Notes: generated from the letters alone by a model not told the origin. Shown: positions 18,910-29,844, counted from the stretch's first letter. The stretch is 34,072 bases of DNA from Hydrogenimonas sp. (GCF_029933015.1 NZ_JAOZOZ010000001.1:23444-57515), one strand, 5' to 3'. Made by a program: numbers and translations.

Positions 18910-20766
18910 ATGGAAACATATCTCTATACAGCACTGTTCGCTCCGCTTGTCGGATCGCTCTTTGCAGCGCTTTTCGCTGACAAGCCGAAAAATCTTGTCA
19001 CTGGTATCGCAACGTCGACTCTGCTGTTCGTCTCATGGATCAGCTCCGTCGTACTGTTGCTGCATGTTGCACACGGAGAAGAGGTGCATGTCAAACTGAT
19101 GGACTGGATCCATGCCGGCGGCCTGGTCATTCCTTTCGGCTTCATCGTCGATCAGGTCACTGCGACGATGATGTTCGTCGTCACAACGGTTTCCGCGGTC
19201 GTCCACGTCTACTCCATCGGTTATATGGATCACGACAAGTCGTTCAACCGCTTCTTCGCGTGGCTCTCCGCTTTCGTCTTTTCGATGATGGTGCTGGTCA
19301 TGAGCGACAACTTCGCGGGTCTGTTTATCGGATGGGAAGGCGTCGGTCTCTGTTCATGGGCTTTGATCGGCTTCTGGTATCACAAAGAGAGCGCCTCCTG
19401 GGCGGCCAACGAAGCTTTCATCATGAACCGTATCGCCGACCTCGGGATGCTGATCGGTATCTTTCTGATCTACTGGAACTTCGGCAGCCTGCAGTACGAC
19501 GTCGTCTTCGAGCAGGTCGCCGACAAGGATCACGGCCTTCTGATGATGGTCACGGCCTTCCTCTTTATCGGTGCGATGGGTAAATCGGCGCAGTTTCCGC
19601 TCCATACATGGCTCGCCGACGCGATGGAGGGTCCGACACCGGTTTCCGCGCTGATCCACGCCGCGACGATGGTCACCGCGGGTGTCTATCTGGTCATCCG
19701 CGCCAACCCGCTTTACAGCGTCGTTCCCGAAGTGAGCCTCTTCGTGGCGAGTCTCGGCGCGTTCGTAGCGATGTTCGCCGCTTCCATGGCGCTGGTCAAC
19801 CGGGACCTCAAGCGTATTATCGCCTATTCGACCCTTTCGCAGCTGGGATACATGTTCGTCGCTGCGGGTGTCGGCGCCTACTGGGTGGCGCTTTTCCACC
19901 TGATGACCCACGCCTTCTTCAAAGCGCTCCTCTTCCTGGGTGCCGGTAACGTCATGCACGCGATGGATGACGAGCTCGACATCTTCAAGATGGGCGGTCT
20001 GGCGAAGAAGATGCAGTGGACGATGATCCTGATGACGATCGCGTCGGTCGCGCTCGCCGGTATCTACCCGTTCGCGGGCTTCTTCTCCAAAGACAAGATT
20101 CTCGAAGCGGCGTTCGCTACCGACCATTACGTGCTCTGGACGATTCTCTGGATCACGGCGGGTCTGACGGCGTTCTACAGCTTCCGACTCGTGATGCTGG
20201 TCTTCTTCGGTGAAGAGCGCTACAAAATCTTCGGTTACCATCCCCACGAAGCGTACAGATTCATGCTCTGGGCGATGGCCCCGCTGGCCGTGCTTGCCGT
20301 CATAGCCGGCTTCTTCGAGCACAGTTTCGTCCATATGATCGAACACGTTCTGCCTGTCGAGGAGCATCACATCTCGACTTTCACTTTCTGGACACTTATC
20401 ATCGTCACGCAGGCGATAGCGCTCGGCGGTATCGGTTTCGCCGTCTGGAAATACAGCAAAGGCGGATTCAGCAAGAAGTGGGAAGAGACTTTTATCTACC
20501 AGCTTCTTTTCAACCAGTACTACATCCCGAAGATCTACGACGAATATATCTGTAAACCCTACGGTGAACTGTCGAGAATCTTCTGGAAAGATCTGGATCT
20601 AAAAATTGTGGATGCGACCGTCGACTTCATCGCGACGACCATCTACAAATCCGGTATGGTTTCCCGTGTCGTACAGAGCGGTAACCTTTCCAACATGCTG
20701 CGTTGGATGGGAGTGGGTCTGCTCATTCTGTTGCTTGCAGCCATCTTTTACAGTCCCGTGCGTTAA
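18910..20766 (+). CDS. nuoL: NADH-quinone oxidoreductase subunit L
   Basis: GWEGVG, GKSAQFPLHTWLADAMEGPTPVSALIHAATMV, HAFFKALLF. Confidence 0.97.
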   Translation: METYLYTALFAPLVGSLFAALFADKPKNLVTGIATSTLLFVSWISSVVLLLHVAHGEEVHVKLMDWIHAGGLVIPFGFIVDQVTATMMFVVTTVSAVVHVYSIGYMDHDKSFNRFFAWLSAFVFSMMVLVMSDNFAGLFIGWEGVGLCSWALIGFWYHKESASWAANEAFIMNRIADLGMLIGIFLIYWNFGSLQYDVVFEQVADKDHGLLMMVTAFLFIGAMGKSAQFPLHTWLADAMEGPTPVSALIHAATMVTAGVYLVIRANPLYSVVPEVSLFVASLGAFVAMFAASMALVNRDLKRIIAYSTLSQLGYMFVAAGVGAYWVALFHLMTHAFFKALLFLGAGNVMHAMDDELDIFKMGGLAKKMQWTMILMTIASVALAGIYPFAGFFSKDKILEAAFATDHYVLWTILWITAGLTAFYSFRLVMLVFFGEERYKIFGYHPHEAYRFMLWAMAPLAVLAVIAGFFEHSFVHMIEHVLPVEEHHISTFTFWTLIIVTQAIALGGIGFAVWKYSKGGFSKKWEETFIYQLLFNQYYIPKIYDEYICKPYGELSRIFWKDLDLKIVDATVDFIATTIYKSGMVSRVVQSGNLSNMLRWMGVGLLILLLAAIFYSPVR

Positions 20767-20775
20767 GGAGTAGGT

Positions 20776-22302
20776 ATGGATCACATTTTATCAGTCTTGG
20801 TTTTCTTCCCGGCGATCGCCGGGTTGCTTGGATTCGTCGTTTCGAAAGAGTCGATCCGGGCGTATGGCCTTTCGGTGGCTGCGATCGAATTCCTACTCTC
20901 GCTCTGGCTCTGGTTCAGTTTCGACGGAAGCTATCCCGGATTCCAGTTTGTCGAAGTACTGCCTCTGATCCCCAGCTTCGGTATCAACTACTATCTGGGC
21001 GTCGACGGTATTTCGCTCTTTATCGTCGTACTCTCCACCTTCATCACGCTGGTGGGTATGATCGCACTGAGTGTCGAAAAAGATCTGAAGAACATGATCA
21101 TTTCGCTGCTCTTCCTGGAAATGACGATGGTCGGCGTTTTCGTCTCTCTCGACGCGATCGTCTTCTACGTCTTCTGGGAGCTCTCTCTGGTTCCGATGCT
21201 CTATATCATCGGCGCCTGGGGCGGCAATCTCAGAATCTATGCGGCAATCAAGTTTTTCCTCTATACCTTCGCCGGATCGCTGATCATGCTGGTCGGTATG
21301 CTGGTGATGGCCTATCTCTACCATGAAGCGACCGGTGTCTGGAGCTTCTCCATCACCGAGTGGCATCGCCTGATCCTGCCGGAGAACTATCAGATCTGGC
21401 TCTTTATCGCCTTCTTTATCGGTCTGGCGATCAAGGTTCCGATGTTCCCGTTCCACACATGGCTTCCCTACGCCCACGGCCAGGCGCCGACGATCGGTTC
21501 CGTCATCCTGGCGGCGGTGCTGCTGAAAATGGGAACCTACGGTCTGGTGCGCCTGCCGCTTCCGATGTTCCCGGACGCTTCGGTCTATATGATCTTCCCT
21601 GTGGCGATTCTCTCGCTGATCATGATCATCTACACGGCGATGGTCGCCTACGCCCAGGAAGACATGAAGCAGGTGATCGCCTACAGCTCCATCTCCCACA
21701 TGGGTGTCATCGTTCTGGGAACTTTCGCGATGAATCCCGAAGGTATCACCGGTTCGGTCTTCTTCATGCTGAGCCACGGTATCGTTTCGGGTGCGCTCTT
21801 CATGCTCGTCGGCGTCATCTACGACCGACGGCATACCAAACTGATGAGCGAGTTCGGCGGCCTGGCACATGTCATGCCCCGTTACGGCACGATCATGGGT
21901 ATCATGGTCATGGCCTCCGTGGGTCTTCCTCTGACCATGAGCTTCGTGGGTGAGTTCCTGAGCCTCGCAGGTTTCTATCAGGTCTCCCATACGATGACGA
22001 TCCTGGCCGGTACCAGTATCATTCTGGGCGCCGTCTATATGTTGAGCCTCTACAAAAAGTCCTTCTTCGGAGAAGTGACGAAAGAGGAGAACAAAAACCT
22101 GAAAGATCTCGACGGCAAAGAGAGCATGGCGCTCTGGACGCTGGTTCTGGTGACGGTATGGCTCGGTGTCTACCCCAAACCGGTTCTCGAACCGATCAAC
22201 ACGAGTGTCGAATCGCTCGTTTCATTCATGCATAAAAAAGCGATTACCAAAGAGGCGAAAGAGGTCATCAAGCCGAAGGTAATCGAAAGGGAGGCGGAAT
22301 AA
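20776..22302 (+). CDS. nuoM: NADH-quinone oxidoreductase subunit M
   Basis: [35 protein letters not shown]. Confidence 0.97.
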   Translation: MDHILSVLVFFPAIAGLLGFVVSKESIRAYGLSVAAIEFLLSLWLWFSFDGSYPGFQFVEVLPLIPSFGINYYLGVDGISLFIVVLSTFITLVGMIALSVEKDLKNMIISLLFLEMTMVGVFVSLDAIVFYVFWELSLVPMLYIIGAWGGNLRIYAAIKFFLYTFAGSLIMLVGMLVMAYLYHEATGVWSFSITEWHRLILPENYQIWLFIAFFIGLAIKVPMFPFHTWLPYAHGQAPTIGSVILAAVLLKMGTYGLVRLPLPMFPDASVYMIFPVAILSLIMIIYTAMVAYAQEDMKQVIAYSSISHMGVIVLGTFAMNPEGITGSVFFMLSHGIVSGALFMLVGVIYDRRHTKLMSEFGGLAHVMPRYGTIMGIMVMASVGLPLTMSFVGEFLSLAGFYQVSHTMTILAGTSIILGAVYMLSLYKKSFFGEVTKEENKNLKDLDGKESMALWTLVLVTVWLGVYPKPVLEPINTSVESLVSFMHKKAITKEAKEVIKPKVIEREAE

Positions 22303-23789
22303 TGTTAGAGCCAATTTCAGTCAGCATGGAATCGCTGAATCTCGGAACACTGGCCCCGATGCTCGTGGCGATCGCCGGAGGATTGGGTATTCTCATCATC
22401 GACCTGATCAAAAAGGATCTCGACAAGACACTCTATGTGATGTTGAGCATTCTGATTCTCGTGGTCGATCTGGGCGCCGTATTCGGACAGAGAATCGGCG
22501 ACAGGGGCTTTTTCGACGTGATGCTCATCGACGGTATCGCGGTGCTCTCCCAGATCGTCATCCTGGCCGCCTCGATGCTCTTCATCCCGCTGGCCCTGAC
22601 ATCCAGAAGGTTTCACGAGTTCAGCTATCCGGAATTTTTCGCCCTCTTCCTCTTCATGGTGGCGGGATTCCAGTTTATGGTGGCAAGCGACAACCTTATC
22701 CTGATCTTCGTGGGTCTCGAGACGGCGAGCCTCGCGCTCTATACGCTGATCGCGCTGCACAACCGTGAACGCTCCTTCGAAGCCGCGATCAAGTATTTCG
22801 TGATGGGTGCGCTGGCGGCAGGTTTCTACGTGATGGGTGCGATGATCTTCTACGCCCTCACCGGCAGTGTCGAGCTCTACAAAATTGCGGAGGTTCTCAA
22901 AGCGGGAGATTTCGCCAACATGACGATTCTGTTGGTGGGCGTCTCCTTCATGATCGCGGCCCTGGGATTCAAACTCTCGATGGTGCCGTTTCATACATGG
23001 ACGCCGGACGTCTACGAAGGTGCCAGCGCCACACTGGCCGGATACATGTCGGTCGTACCGAAGATCGCCGGATTCGTCGTAGCCATGCGTATCTTCGGAT
23101 TCCTGATCCAGAGCGACGTGGTATGGGTACGTGACGTCCTCTACGCGGCGGTCGTCATCACGATGACGCTGGCCAACATCATGGCGCTGGTCCAGCACGA
23201 CGTCAAACGTATGCTGGCTTTCAGCTCCATCTCCCATGCCGGATTCGTCATGGCGGCCATCATGATCGGTACGACCCAGGCCAACAGCGCCCTGTTCCTC
23301 TACTGGATCATGTTCCTCTTCACGAACCTGGGTGCCTTCGCGATGCTGTGGGTTTCCCGACACAAAGACAAGGTATGGCACGACCGTTTCGACCATCCCT
23401 ACGAGAAGTTCTCCGGCATGATCCAGATCAAACCGGTGGGTGCCGTGATCATGGCACTCTTCATGCTCTCGCTTGCAGGGGTGCCTCCCTTCTCGCTCTT
23501 CTGGGGTAAACTCTACGTCATGAGCGCGGCGGTCAACAGCGACTATATCGTTCTGGCACTGATCATGGCGATCAACAGTGCCATTTCGGTCTACTACTAT
23601 CTGAAACTGATCGTCTATATGTTCCTGAAAGATCCGACACAGAACGAAGGAACGATCTATGAACAGAACACATCCAAACCGCTGCAGACCATTATCGGAT
23701 TCTCGGCGTTCATGACGGTTTTCGCCGTCGTCGCGGTCGAACCGATCCTTGAAATCATCACCACATATGTCCAGGCGAGCGGCTTTTAA
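22302..23789 (+). CDS. nuoN: NADH-quinone oxidoreductase subunit N
   Basis: [39 protein letters not shown]. Confidence 0.97.
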   Translation: MLEPISVSMESLNLGTLAPMLVAIAGGLGILIIDLIKKDLDKTLYVMLSILILVVDLGAVFGQRIGDRGFFDVMLIDGIAVLSQIVILAASMLFIPLALTSRRFHEFSYPEFFALFLFMVAGFQFMVASDNLILIFVGLETASLALYTLIALHNRERSFEAAIKYFVMGALAAGFYVMGAMIFYALTGSVELYKIAEVLKAGDFANMTILLVGVSFMIAALGFKLSMVPFHTWTPDVYEGASATLAGYMSVVPKIAGFVVAMRIFGFLIQSDVVWVRDVLYAAVVITMTLANIMALVQHDVKRMLAFSSISHAGFVMAAIMIGTTQANSALFLYWIMFLFTNLGAFAMLWVSRHKDKVWHDRFDHPYEKFSGMIQIKPVGAVIMALFMLSLAGVPPFSLFWGKLYVMSAAVNSDYIVLALIMAINSAISVYYYLKLIVYMFLKDPTQNEGTIYEQNTSKPLQTIIGFSAFMTVFAVVAVEPILEIITTYVQASGF

Positions 23790-23822
23790 GCCGATGCCTG
23801 GACGGAGCGGGAGTCGCTTCTC

Positions 23823-26201
23823 GTGACTCGGCTCGTTTTTTTTCTGCCACTCCTCTACGTTTCGCTCCACGCCCTTACCATCGATCTGAAGAGAGGGATT
23901 GAAAACAACGCCCCTTTCGCCGTTTTGCATATTCAGGACGAGACGCCTTTTACCTGTCGTGTCTTTTACGGAGAGCGCGGCGAACCGACACTCTACCGGT
24001 GCGATTTCGACCAGATGCCCGAAAGCGGTCTCAAACCCGTTAAAAGCGAATTTTTCAAAATCGATTTCAAAACGGCAACCGGACGCTTCAGTCTCCGTGT
24101 CGTGCCGCGAAAGAGGAGTTTCATCCAGCCTCTTCCTCCGCCGGTGCATGAACGTCCGATCATGCCCGCAAAAAGGAGTGAAAGGTCCCGACACTGGATC
24201 GTGGTGGGATACGAAGAGATGCCCCCCTATCTGGGCAGAGCCGAAAAACACGACGAGGGGCTGGCGTTTCCGCTGGATCTGAAAAGTTATGCCATCCCTA
24301 CGATAGGAGCCGTGGATATCAACGGTGAACCGGTCTTCATGAAGGACAACCGTGATATCGAAACCTTCATGGCAATCAAGGAGGCTTTCAAAGCCAAAAA
24401 GTACAAAAAGGCCTACGATCTCGCGAGCGAAGCGCTGGAACTCTATCCCCACTCCATCTTCGCCAGCGATTTCCTTCGATACAGGATCAAAGCCCTCGTG
24501 CAGGAGAACATGAAGGAGAACGCCGACGAAATCATCAAACTGGGCAAGATCTACATCAAACGGTACGCTTCCGACGAGTATCTTCCCGAAGTGCTTCTTC
24601 TTCTGGCCAGGGTCTACAGCGCGACAGGTTTCATCAGTGACGCCAACTATTTTTTCAACCGTCTGATCCACGAGCACAAAGATACCAAATACGCGAACCT
24701 CGGACTGATCTATCTGGGCGATCAGCTCTATATCAACGGCAAGGTCAAAGAGGCGACCAAGCTCTATCTGGATGCCTACTACAATGCCAGGGATCTCGAT
24801 GTCGCCTCTTTGGCGGCCTATAAACTCGGAGTTCGCTATCTTGACAGGGGCAGGACGAAGGAGGCGGTCAAGTACCTTTCGAAAATCTGGGAAAAGAACC
24901 GGGAATTCCTGCTCAAAGAGAAGGAGGATGCCCACTCCATCGCCCGGCAACTGGCTTCGAGACAGGCCTACGATCTGGCGATCGAAATCGACAAAGCGCT
25001 TCTGAAAAAGCTGAAAAAACTCGACGAGATGTACGAGGAGGTGCTTTTCGAAATCGCCGAGTGGTACGACGAGAAAGGGGATATCAAAGAGGCGATCGCA
25101 TGGTACAGGAGGTATCTCGACGAGTTCGCCTATGGAACCTATAGCGACAAAGCGAAGAAAAATCTCGACGAACTCTTCATCGTCAGTCACGACACGAACA
25201 GCAGTGAAGCCCTCGCCAGATACGAGACGCTGATAAAAGAGTACAAAGATACACCGATCGCCGACAAGGCACTCGCGGCGAAAATGAAACTGCTTGTCGC
25301 CGAGAAAAAGTATGACGAAGCGCTCTTGTTGGGAGAAGCCGTCGAATCCATCGCCGATCCGAAAGCCAAGGAGATGGCGAAAGAGGCGTTGAAGGAGGCG
25401 GCATGGGAGGCTTTCAGAAAGGCGGTGGAGGAGAAGGAGTGCAAAAGAGCCATCACCATGGTCGAAAAGTATGGTGTGACACCGCCCGAAAAGTATGACG
25501 TGTTCCTCTATGAATGCTACGTGATCTATGCGGAGTATCAAAAAGCGCTGAAGATCGTGGAGCGGCATCTGCATGACAGACCGGTAGATGAGCGGGCCGA
25601 GTGGCTCTGTCGGGCCGCCAACGTCCATGTTTTGAGAGAGTCTTACAAGAAGGCGCTGGACGCGGCAGAGGAGCTCAGGACGCTTGTGAAAAGACCGCTG
25701 AAAAAATGCCCTTCACTCCAGTGGTACGAAGTCAAGGCGCTTCATGCACTGGGACGCTATGCCGAGGAGATGAAACTGATCAGGGAGATGGCGAAGCGAT
25801 ATGGCACAGATATGCGTCTGGCGGAGATCTACCGCATGGGATACGAGGCCGCGAAACGGGAGCAGGACGAGCTGCAGAGGGTATGGCTGCTGAAGCGGTT
25901 GATCGATCTGCAAAACAGCAAGAAGAGCCATCCCTATTCGCCCTGGGCCGAATTCGAGCTGATGCGCCTGCTCAAGGCCCAGAAGGCCTACAAAGAGGCG
26001 CTGAAGATTGCCGAATCGATGCGAGAGCTGGATCTCAAGGGTGAAAGGGCCGCCAGGTGGCGGTACGAGACGGCACTGCTCTACAGGCTCGTCGGTGACG
26101 ACAGGCGGGCCGTGGAGAATTTCAAAGCGTGTGCGCAGATGCGCAGAGGCGGTGCATGGAAAAAGCTCTGCGAAGAGGCGCTAACCCTCGAAAATCTCTG
26201 A
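23823..26201 (+). CDS. pflA: Paralysed flagella protein A-like periplasmic TPR protein
   Basis: Signal peptide, N-terminal beta domain, IGAVDING linker, many TPR-like helices; directly follows nuoN as in Campylobacter/Helicobacter. Confidence 0.75.
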   Translation: MTRLVFFLPLLYVSLHALTIDLKRGIENNAPFAVLHIQDETPFTCRVFYGERGEPTLYRCDFDQMPESGLKPVKSEFFKIDFKTATGRFSLRVVPRKRSFIQPLPPPVHERPIMPAKRSERSRHWIVVGYEEMPPYLGRAEKHDEGLAFPLDLKSYAIPTIGAVDINGEPVFMKDNRDIETFMAIKEAFKAKKYKKAYDLASEALELYPHSIFASDFLRYRIKALVQENMKENADEIIKLGKIYIKRYASDEYLPEVLLLLARVYSATGFISDANYFFNRLIHEHKDTKYANLGLIYLGDQLYINGKVKEATKLYLDAYYNARDLDVASLAAYKLGVRYLDRGRTKEAVKYLSKIWEKNREFLLKEKEDAHSIARQLASRQAYDLAIEIDKALLKKLKKLDEMYEEVLFEIAEWYDEKGDIKEAIAWYRRYLDEFAYGTYSDKAKKNLDELFIVSHDTNSSEALARYETLIKEYKDTPIADKALAAKMKLLVAEKKYDEALLLGEAVESIADPKAKEMAKEALKEAAWEAFRKAVEEKECKRAITMVEKYGVTPPEKYDVFLYECYVIYAEYQKALKIVERHLHDRPVDERAEWLCRAANVHVLRESYKKALDAAEELRTLVKRPLKKCPSLQWYEVKALHALGRYAEEMKLIREMAKRYGTDMRLAEIYRMGYEAAKREQDELQRVWLLKRLIDLQNSKKSHPYSPWAEFELMRLLKAQKAYKEALKIAESMRELDLKGERAARWRYETALLYRLVGDDRRAVENFKACAQMRRGGAWKKLCEEALTLENL

Positions 26202-27077
26202 GATAGAGTTTTTGATGGCTTCAGCCGAACCTTTCGGGTGCTCGGGAAACTGGGTCGTGTTGAAGGTCCGCTGCCGTTTGGCGAGCTGTCGGGTGTGGAT
26301 CACGATCTTCTCTCTCATCTCTTCGAAAGAGAGTTTTCCGTCGAAGTAGTCGAGTACTTCGACGATGCCGATCGCCTTCATCGGGTTTGGTGCCCTGCCA
26401 TACTTTTTCTCCAGACGTGCCACTTCATCGACGAGTCCCCGGTCGATCATCTGCGCCGTCCGCTTTTCGATCCTTTCGTTCAGATCCGTTTTGTTGGTCT
26501 CTATTTCGAAAAGCGGCAGTTCGGTGACGATGGGAACCGGCGGATGCTCGGCGAAATAGCGTGAGGGTGTAAGACCCGTTTCGTAGTGAAGCTGCAGGGC
26601 CTTTTCGATACGGTACCTATCCCCTTCTTTGATCTTTTCGGCGTAGTCCGGATCGATGCGGCGGATCTTTTCGTAGGCTTCCTGAGGGTCGATGAGTATC
26701 TTTTTGACGGTCGATTTCACGGTGTCGGAAATCTCCGGTATTTCGGAAATGCCCTCCATCAGCGCTTTGAGATAGAATCCCGTGCCGCCTACGATGATGA
26801 GATGTTTCTCTCTTTCGCGGCAGTAACCGGCCGCTTCGCGGTAGAGTCCGATGAATGTCCCGACACTGAAATGTTCGTCGGGAAAGAGCAGATCGATGCC
26901 GAAATGTGGAATGGCTCCCCGCTCCCGGAGAGTCGGTTTGGCCGATGCGATGTCGATCTCCCTGTAGATCGCGAGAGAATCGAGAGAGAGGATCGCCGCA
27001 TCGTGTTCTCTGGCGAGATCGAGGGCGAGATCGGTTTTCCCCGAAGCGGTGGGGCCGAGTATGGCGACTGTTTTCAT
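26181..27077 (-). CDS. miaA: tRNA dimethylallyltransferase
   Basis: MKTVAILGPTASGKT, DSLAIY..DIASAKP, VGGTGFY, LAKRQRTF; start at ATG 27077; 3' end overlaps pflA by 21 nt. Confidence 0.95.
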   Translation of the reverse strand: MKTVAILGPTASGKTDLALDLAREHDAAILSLDSLAIYREIDIASAKPTLRERGAIPHFGIDLLFPDEHFSVGTFIGLYREAAGYCREREKHLIIVGGTGFYLKALMEGISEIPEISDTVKSTVKKILIDPQEAYEKIRRIDPDYAEKIKEGDRYRIEKALQLHYETGLTPSRYFAEHPPVPIVTELPLFEIETNKTDLNERIEKRTAQMIDRGLVDEVARLEKKYGRAPNPMKAIGIVEVLDYFDGKLSFEEMREKIVIHTRQLAKRQRTFNTTQFPEHPKGSAEAIKNSISEIFEG

Positions 27078-27083
27078 AAAGCT

Positions 27084-27098
27084 ATTATATGATAAAAT
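27084..27098. promoter_or_regulatory. Back-to-back -10 boxes for miaA (minus) and mqnP (plus)
   Basis: TATAAT on minus at 27084-27089; TGaTAAAAT on plus at 27090-27098. Confidence 0.65.
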
Positions 27099-27149
27099 CG
27101 GGACAAAATCGGGCATCGGGTCGTCGATGACCGAAGAGAAAGGGGAGCT

Positions 27150-28007
27150 GTGAAGATACTCAAATGGTACCGGGATTTCAACGAGCTGATCATGTTTCAG
27201 CACTCGGTCTTTTCGCTCCCTTTCATCTTCATCGCCATGATCGTCTCCGCCGACGGATGGTTCGGCTGGAGACTTCTGCTTCTGGGTGTGCTCGCCGCCG
27301 TCAGTGCCCGCAACTTCGCGATGCTGGTCAACCGCTACCTGGATCGGGATATCGACATACTCAACCCCCGCACGAAGACGCGGCCCAGTGTCGACGGACG
27401 GTTTTCGCCGACACATATGCGGATTTTGATCCTTCTCAACGCCCTGATCTTCGTCGCGACGGCCTGGGTCATCAACGACCTCGCGTTTGCACTCTCTTTT
27501 CCCATTCTTCTGATTCTGGGAGGCTATTCGTGGTTCAAACGCTTCTCCGAAATGGCCCACCTGGTGCTCGGACTCTCCCTGGGACTCGCTCCCATCGCAG
27601 GTGCCGTGGCGGTGGAGGGGGCGATCCCGATGTGGTCGGTGATGCTCGCCGTGGGCGTCATGTTCTGGGTGGCGGGCTTCGATCTGCTCTACTCCCTGCA
27701 GGATATCGAGTTCGACAGGGAGCAGGGGCTCTTTTCGATTCCTTCGCGCTACGGCAGTGCGTGCACGATGTTTCTGGCCCGTATCTTCCACGCCGTGGCC
27801 GTTCTCTTCTGGGCCTTTTTCACCGCTACGGCGGGGCTCGGCTTTTTCGCCTGGCTCGCCGTCGTCGTCGCGGCCGGGATGCTCGCCTACGAACACAGGA
27901 TCGTCGGCAGGGATTTTTCCAAAATCGACAGGGCCTTCTTTACCGTCAACGGCTACCTCGGCTTCATCTATCTGTTCCTGATCGTCGCGGACAGGATGGC
28001 GGCATGA
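27150..28007 (+). CDS. mqnP: UbiA-family menaquinone (futalosine pathway) prenyltransferase
   Basis: HSVFSLPF, NRYLDRDIDILNPRT..RP, GFDLLYSLQDIEFD, FFTVNG. Confidence 0.85.
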   Translation: MKILKWYRDFNELIMFQHSVFSLPFIFIAMIVSADGWFGWRLLLLGVLAAVSARNFAMLVNRYLDRDIDILNPRTKTRPSVDGRFSPTHMRILILLNALIFVATAWVINDLAFALSFPILLILGGYSWFKRFSEMAHLVLGLSLGLAPIAGAVAVEGAIPMWSVMLAVGVMFWVAGFDLLYSLQDIEFDREQGLFSIPSRYGSACTMFLARIFHAVAVLFWAFFTATAGLGFFAWLAVVVAAGMLAYEHRIVGRDFSKIDRAFFTVNGYLGFIYLFLIVADRMAA

Positions 28008-28534
28008 GCGAAAAGGTACGACTGGTTCCGGCTCCGCTGGAGATCGCCTTCGAAAAGGCGGAAAACGACAGGGAGGCGTTCGAGCGTGAATTTCAGAAGC
28101 TGAACGAAACGGACGAGGATCCGATCGGCCAGTGGCTCAAGATCGCCAAGGCGCGTGGCGAGACGAAAGAGACCGATCCCGTGCTTTTGCATCTGATGAT
28201 CGAGCTGCATCGCAAAGTCGATCTGCTGACCCAGATCGTCAAGAACGAGGAACCGGAGCGGATCGAGCTGGCCCATCACATACCGATCGAATCGATCGGC
28301 TTCGAACATTTCCGTCTCAAGGAGCCGATACTCGAACCGGGTGCGCGCTATTACGGGCGTATCACGATGCCCCTTTTCCCGAAACGGGACATGGGCGTCT
28401 GGTTCGACGCCGTGGACGAACGGCTGGCGAAGATCGTCCGGCTGCACGAACGGGACGAAAAGGAGTGGAGCGGATATGTCGTGGCCAGAGAGCGTGTCAT
28501 GATCCGGGAGATGAAAGGCAGAAAAGGTGAATGA
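28004..28534 (+). CDS. Conserved hypothetical protein (176 aa, possibly degenerate PilZ-like)
   Basis: ATG overlaps the mqnP stop (ATGA); coding-like composition from MSEKVRLVPAPL. Confidence 0.75.
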   Translation: MSEKVRLVPAPLEIAFEKAENDREAFEREFQKLNETDEDPIGQWLKIAKARGETKETDPVLLHLMIELHRKVDLLTQIVKNEEPERIELAHHIPIESIGFEHFRLKEPILEPGARYYGRITMPLFPKRDMGVWFDAVDERLAKIVRLHERDEKEWSGYVVARERVMIREMKGRKGE

Positions 28535-29045
28535 AACAGTACTCATGATCGCCATGCTGGCGGCCGTCATGCTGATCATGGTGATCTATATCGCCGTCAA
28601 GGACCGTGAGACTTCCCGCAAAATGGCGATGATGGAAGCGGGTATCGATGCCCTCAACCAGGAGATTTTCAAACTCTCCAAAGAGATCGACCGTCTGAAG
28701 AAGAGCTTCAGGGAGGAGCTGATGCGTCTGGAGCTGGAGCATCGCCAGGAGAGCGGAGAGGGCTCCGAGCATCTCGTCGAAAAAAAGCTCCGGCCCCTGC
28801 TCCTGCAGATGCAGCATATCCAGGAACAGATCGACGCGATCCACACCGAACTTCAGGAGCGTGTGGAGAAGCTCGACGGAAAGGTGCGCCAGGTGACTTT
28901 CGCCACGGAGCATTCGGCCCCCGACGAGCAGAAGATCCTGCAGCTGCACGCCCAGGGGCTCGACAGCGAGACGATCGCCAAACAGCTTCGCCTCGGAAAA
29001 GGTGAAGTGGAACTTGTGTTGAAGTTTTCCAAAATCCATGCTTGA
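28527..29045 (+). CDS. Membrane-anchored coiled-coil protein with C-terminal DUF6115/DUF2802-like HTH
   Basis: N-terminal TM, coiled coil, GLDSETIAKQLRLGKGEVELVL. Confidence 0.75.
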   Translation: MNETVLMIAMLAAVMLIMVIYIAVKDRETSRKMAMMEAGIDALNQEIFKLSKEIDRLKKSFREELMRLELEHRQESGEGSEHLVEKKLRPLLLQMQHIQEQIDAIHTELQERVEKLDGKVRQVTFATEHSAPDEQKILQLHAQGLDSETIAKQLRLGKGEVELVLKFSKIHA

Positions 29046-29754
29046 GGTCCATCCGACATGGCGGGAGGATATTCTCGCCGCCTTCGAGACTCTCGATCCC
29101 GAGTATCGTGATTTCCTGGAACGTGGAAACTGTCTGCCGCAAAAGCCGCGTATCTTCAACGCTTTCAAAACCCTTCCCAAGCCGCAGGTCCGTTATATCC
29201 TCTTCGGGCAGGATCCCTATCCCAGAGCGGAGTCGGCGACGGGCCACGCTTTTATCGACGGTGCGGTCGAGACCATCTTTTCGCCCACCGGCCTCTCCAA
29301 AGCGGTCAATCGTGCCACCAGCCTCCGCAACTTCGTCAAGATGGCGCTTCTGGCCGAAGGGGCCCTGAGGCCCGACGATCTTTCACAGGAGGCGATCGCC
29401 GCCATCGACAAAAACGGTTTGATCGACTCGATCGACGAGCTGCGGAGAAATTTCGAAAGAAACGGGGTATTGCTGCTCAACGCCGCCCTGGTGTTCGAGG
29501 ATAAAAAATCGTCCGCCCGCCACGCCAGGGCCTGGCAGCCTTTCATCCGCACACTGCTATCGCGTCTGGACGAGGGAACGGAACTCATCCTCTTCGGCGG
29601 TATCGCCAAGACGATCCGAAAGATACCCGAAGCCGCCCGCTTTCGCCAGCATCTGCTCGAACACCCCTATAACCATACCTTTATCCACAATACCGATGCC
29701 CATGCACTCTTCGGTCCGATGCGTCTTTTGAGGAGACATTGTGTCCGAGGATGA
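29038..29754 (+). CDS. Uracil-DNA glycosylase family protein (atypical)
   Basis: ILFGQDPYP, GVLLLNAAL, LFG, HPYN. Confidence 0.8.
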   Translation: MLEVHPTWREDILAAFETLDPEYRDFLERGNCLPQKPRIFNAFKTLPKPQVRYILFGQDPYPRAESATGHAFIDGAVETIFSPTGLSKAVNRATSLRNFVKMALLAEGALRPDDLSQEAIAAIDKNGLIDSIDELRRNFERNGVLLLNAALVFEDKKSSARHARAWQPFIRTLLSRLDEGTELILFGGIAKTIRKIPEAARFRQHLLEHPYNHTFIHNTDAHALFGPMRLLRRHCVRG

Positions 29755-29815
29755 ATGGTCAACGGGAAACGAGGGAGGGATATGTGCGGTTTTTCATGTT
29801 TTTTCCGAAAAACCC

Positions 29816-29844
29816 TTGAAATATGAGAGATATTTTTGTATAAT
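29816..29844 (+). promoter_or_regulatory. sigma70 promoter for tRNA-Arg
   Basis: TTGAAA (29816-29821), 17 nt, TATAAT (29839-29844). Confidence 0.75.

Noticed and set aside
22317-25628. 1103-aa antisense ORF (also 9422-11683, 8157-9548, 11583-13103 and others)
   Set aside because: Shadow ORFs opposite well-supported genes; expected from GC-rich codon bias; no family motifs.
27078-27896. Apparent 571-aa MiaA fusion
   Set aside because: The extension is antisense to mqnP; MiaA begins at MKTVAILG directly after a -10 box.
27164-28003. 456-aa ORF extension
   Set aside because: Off-frame over mqnP; true start at 28004.
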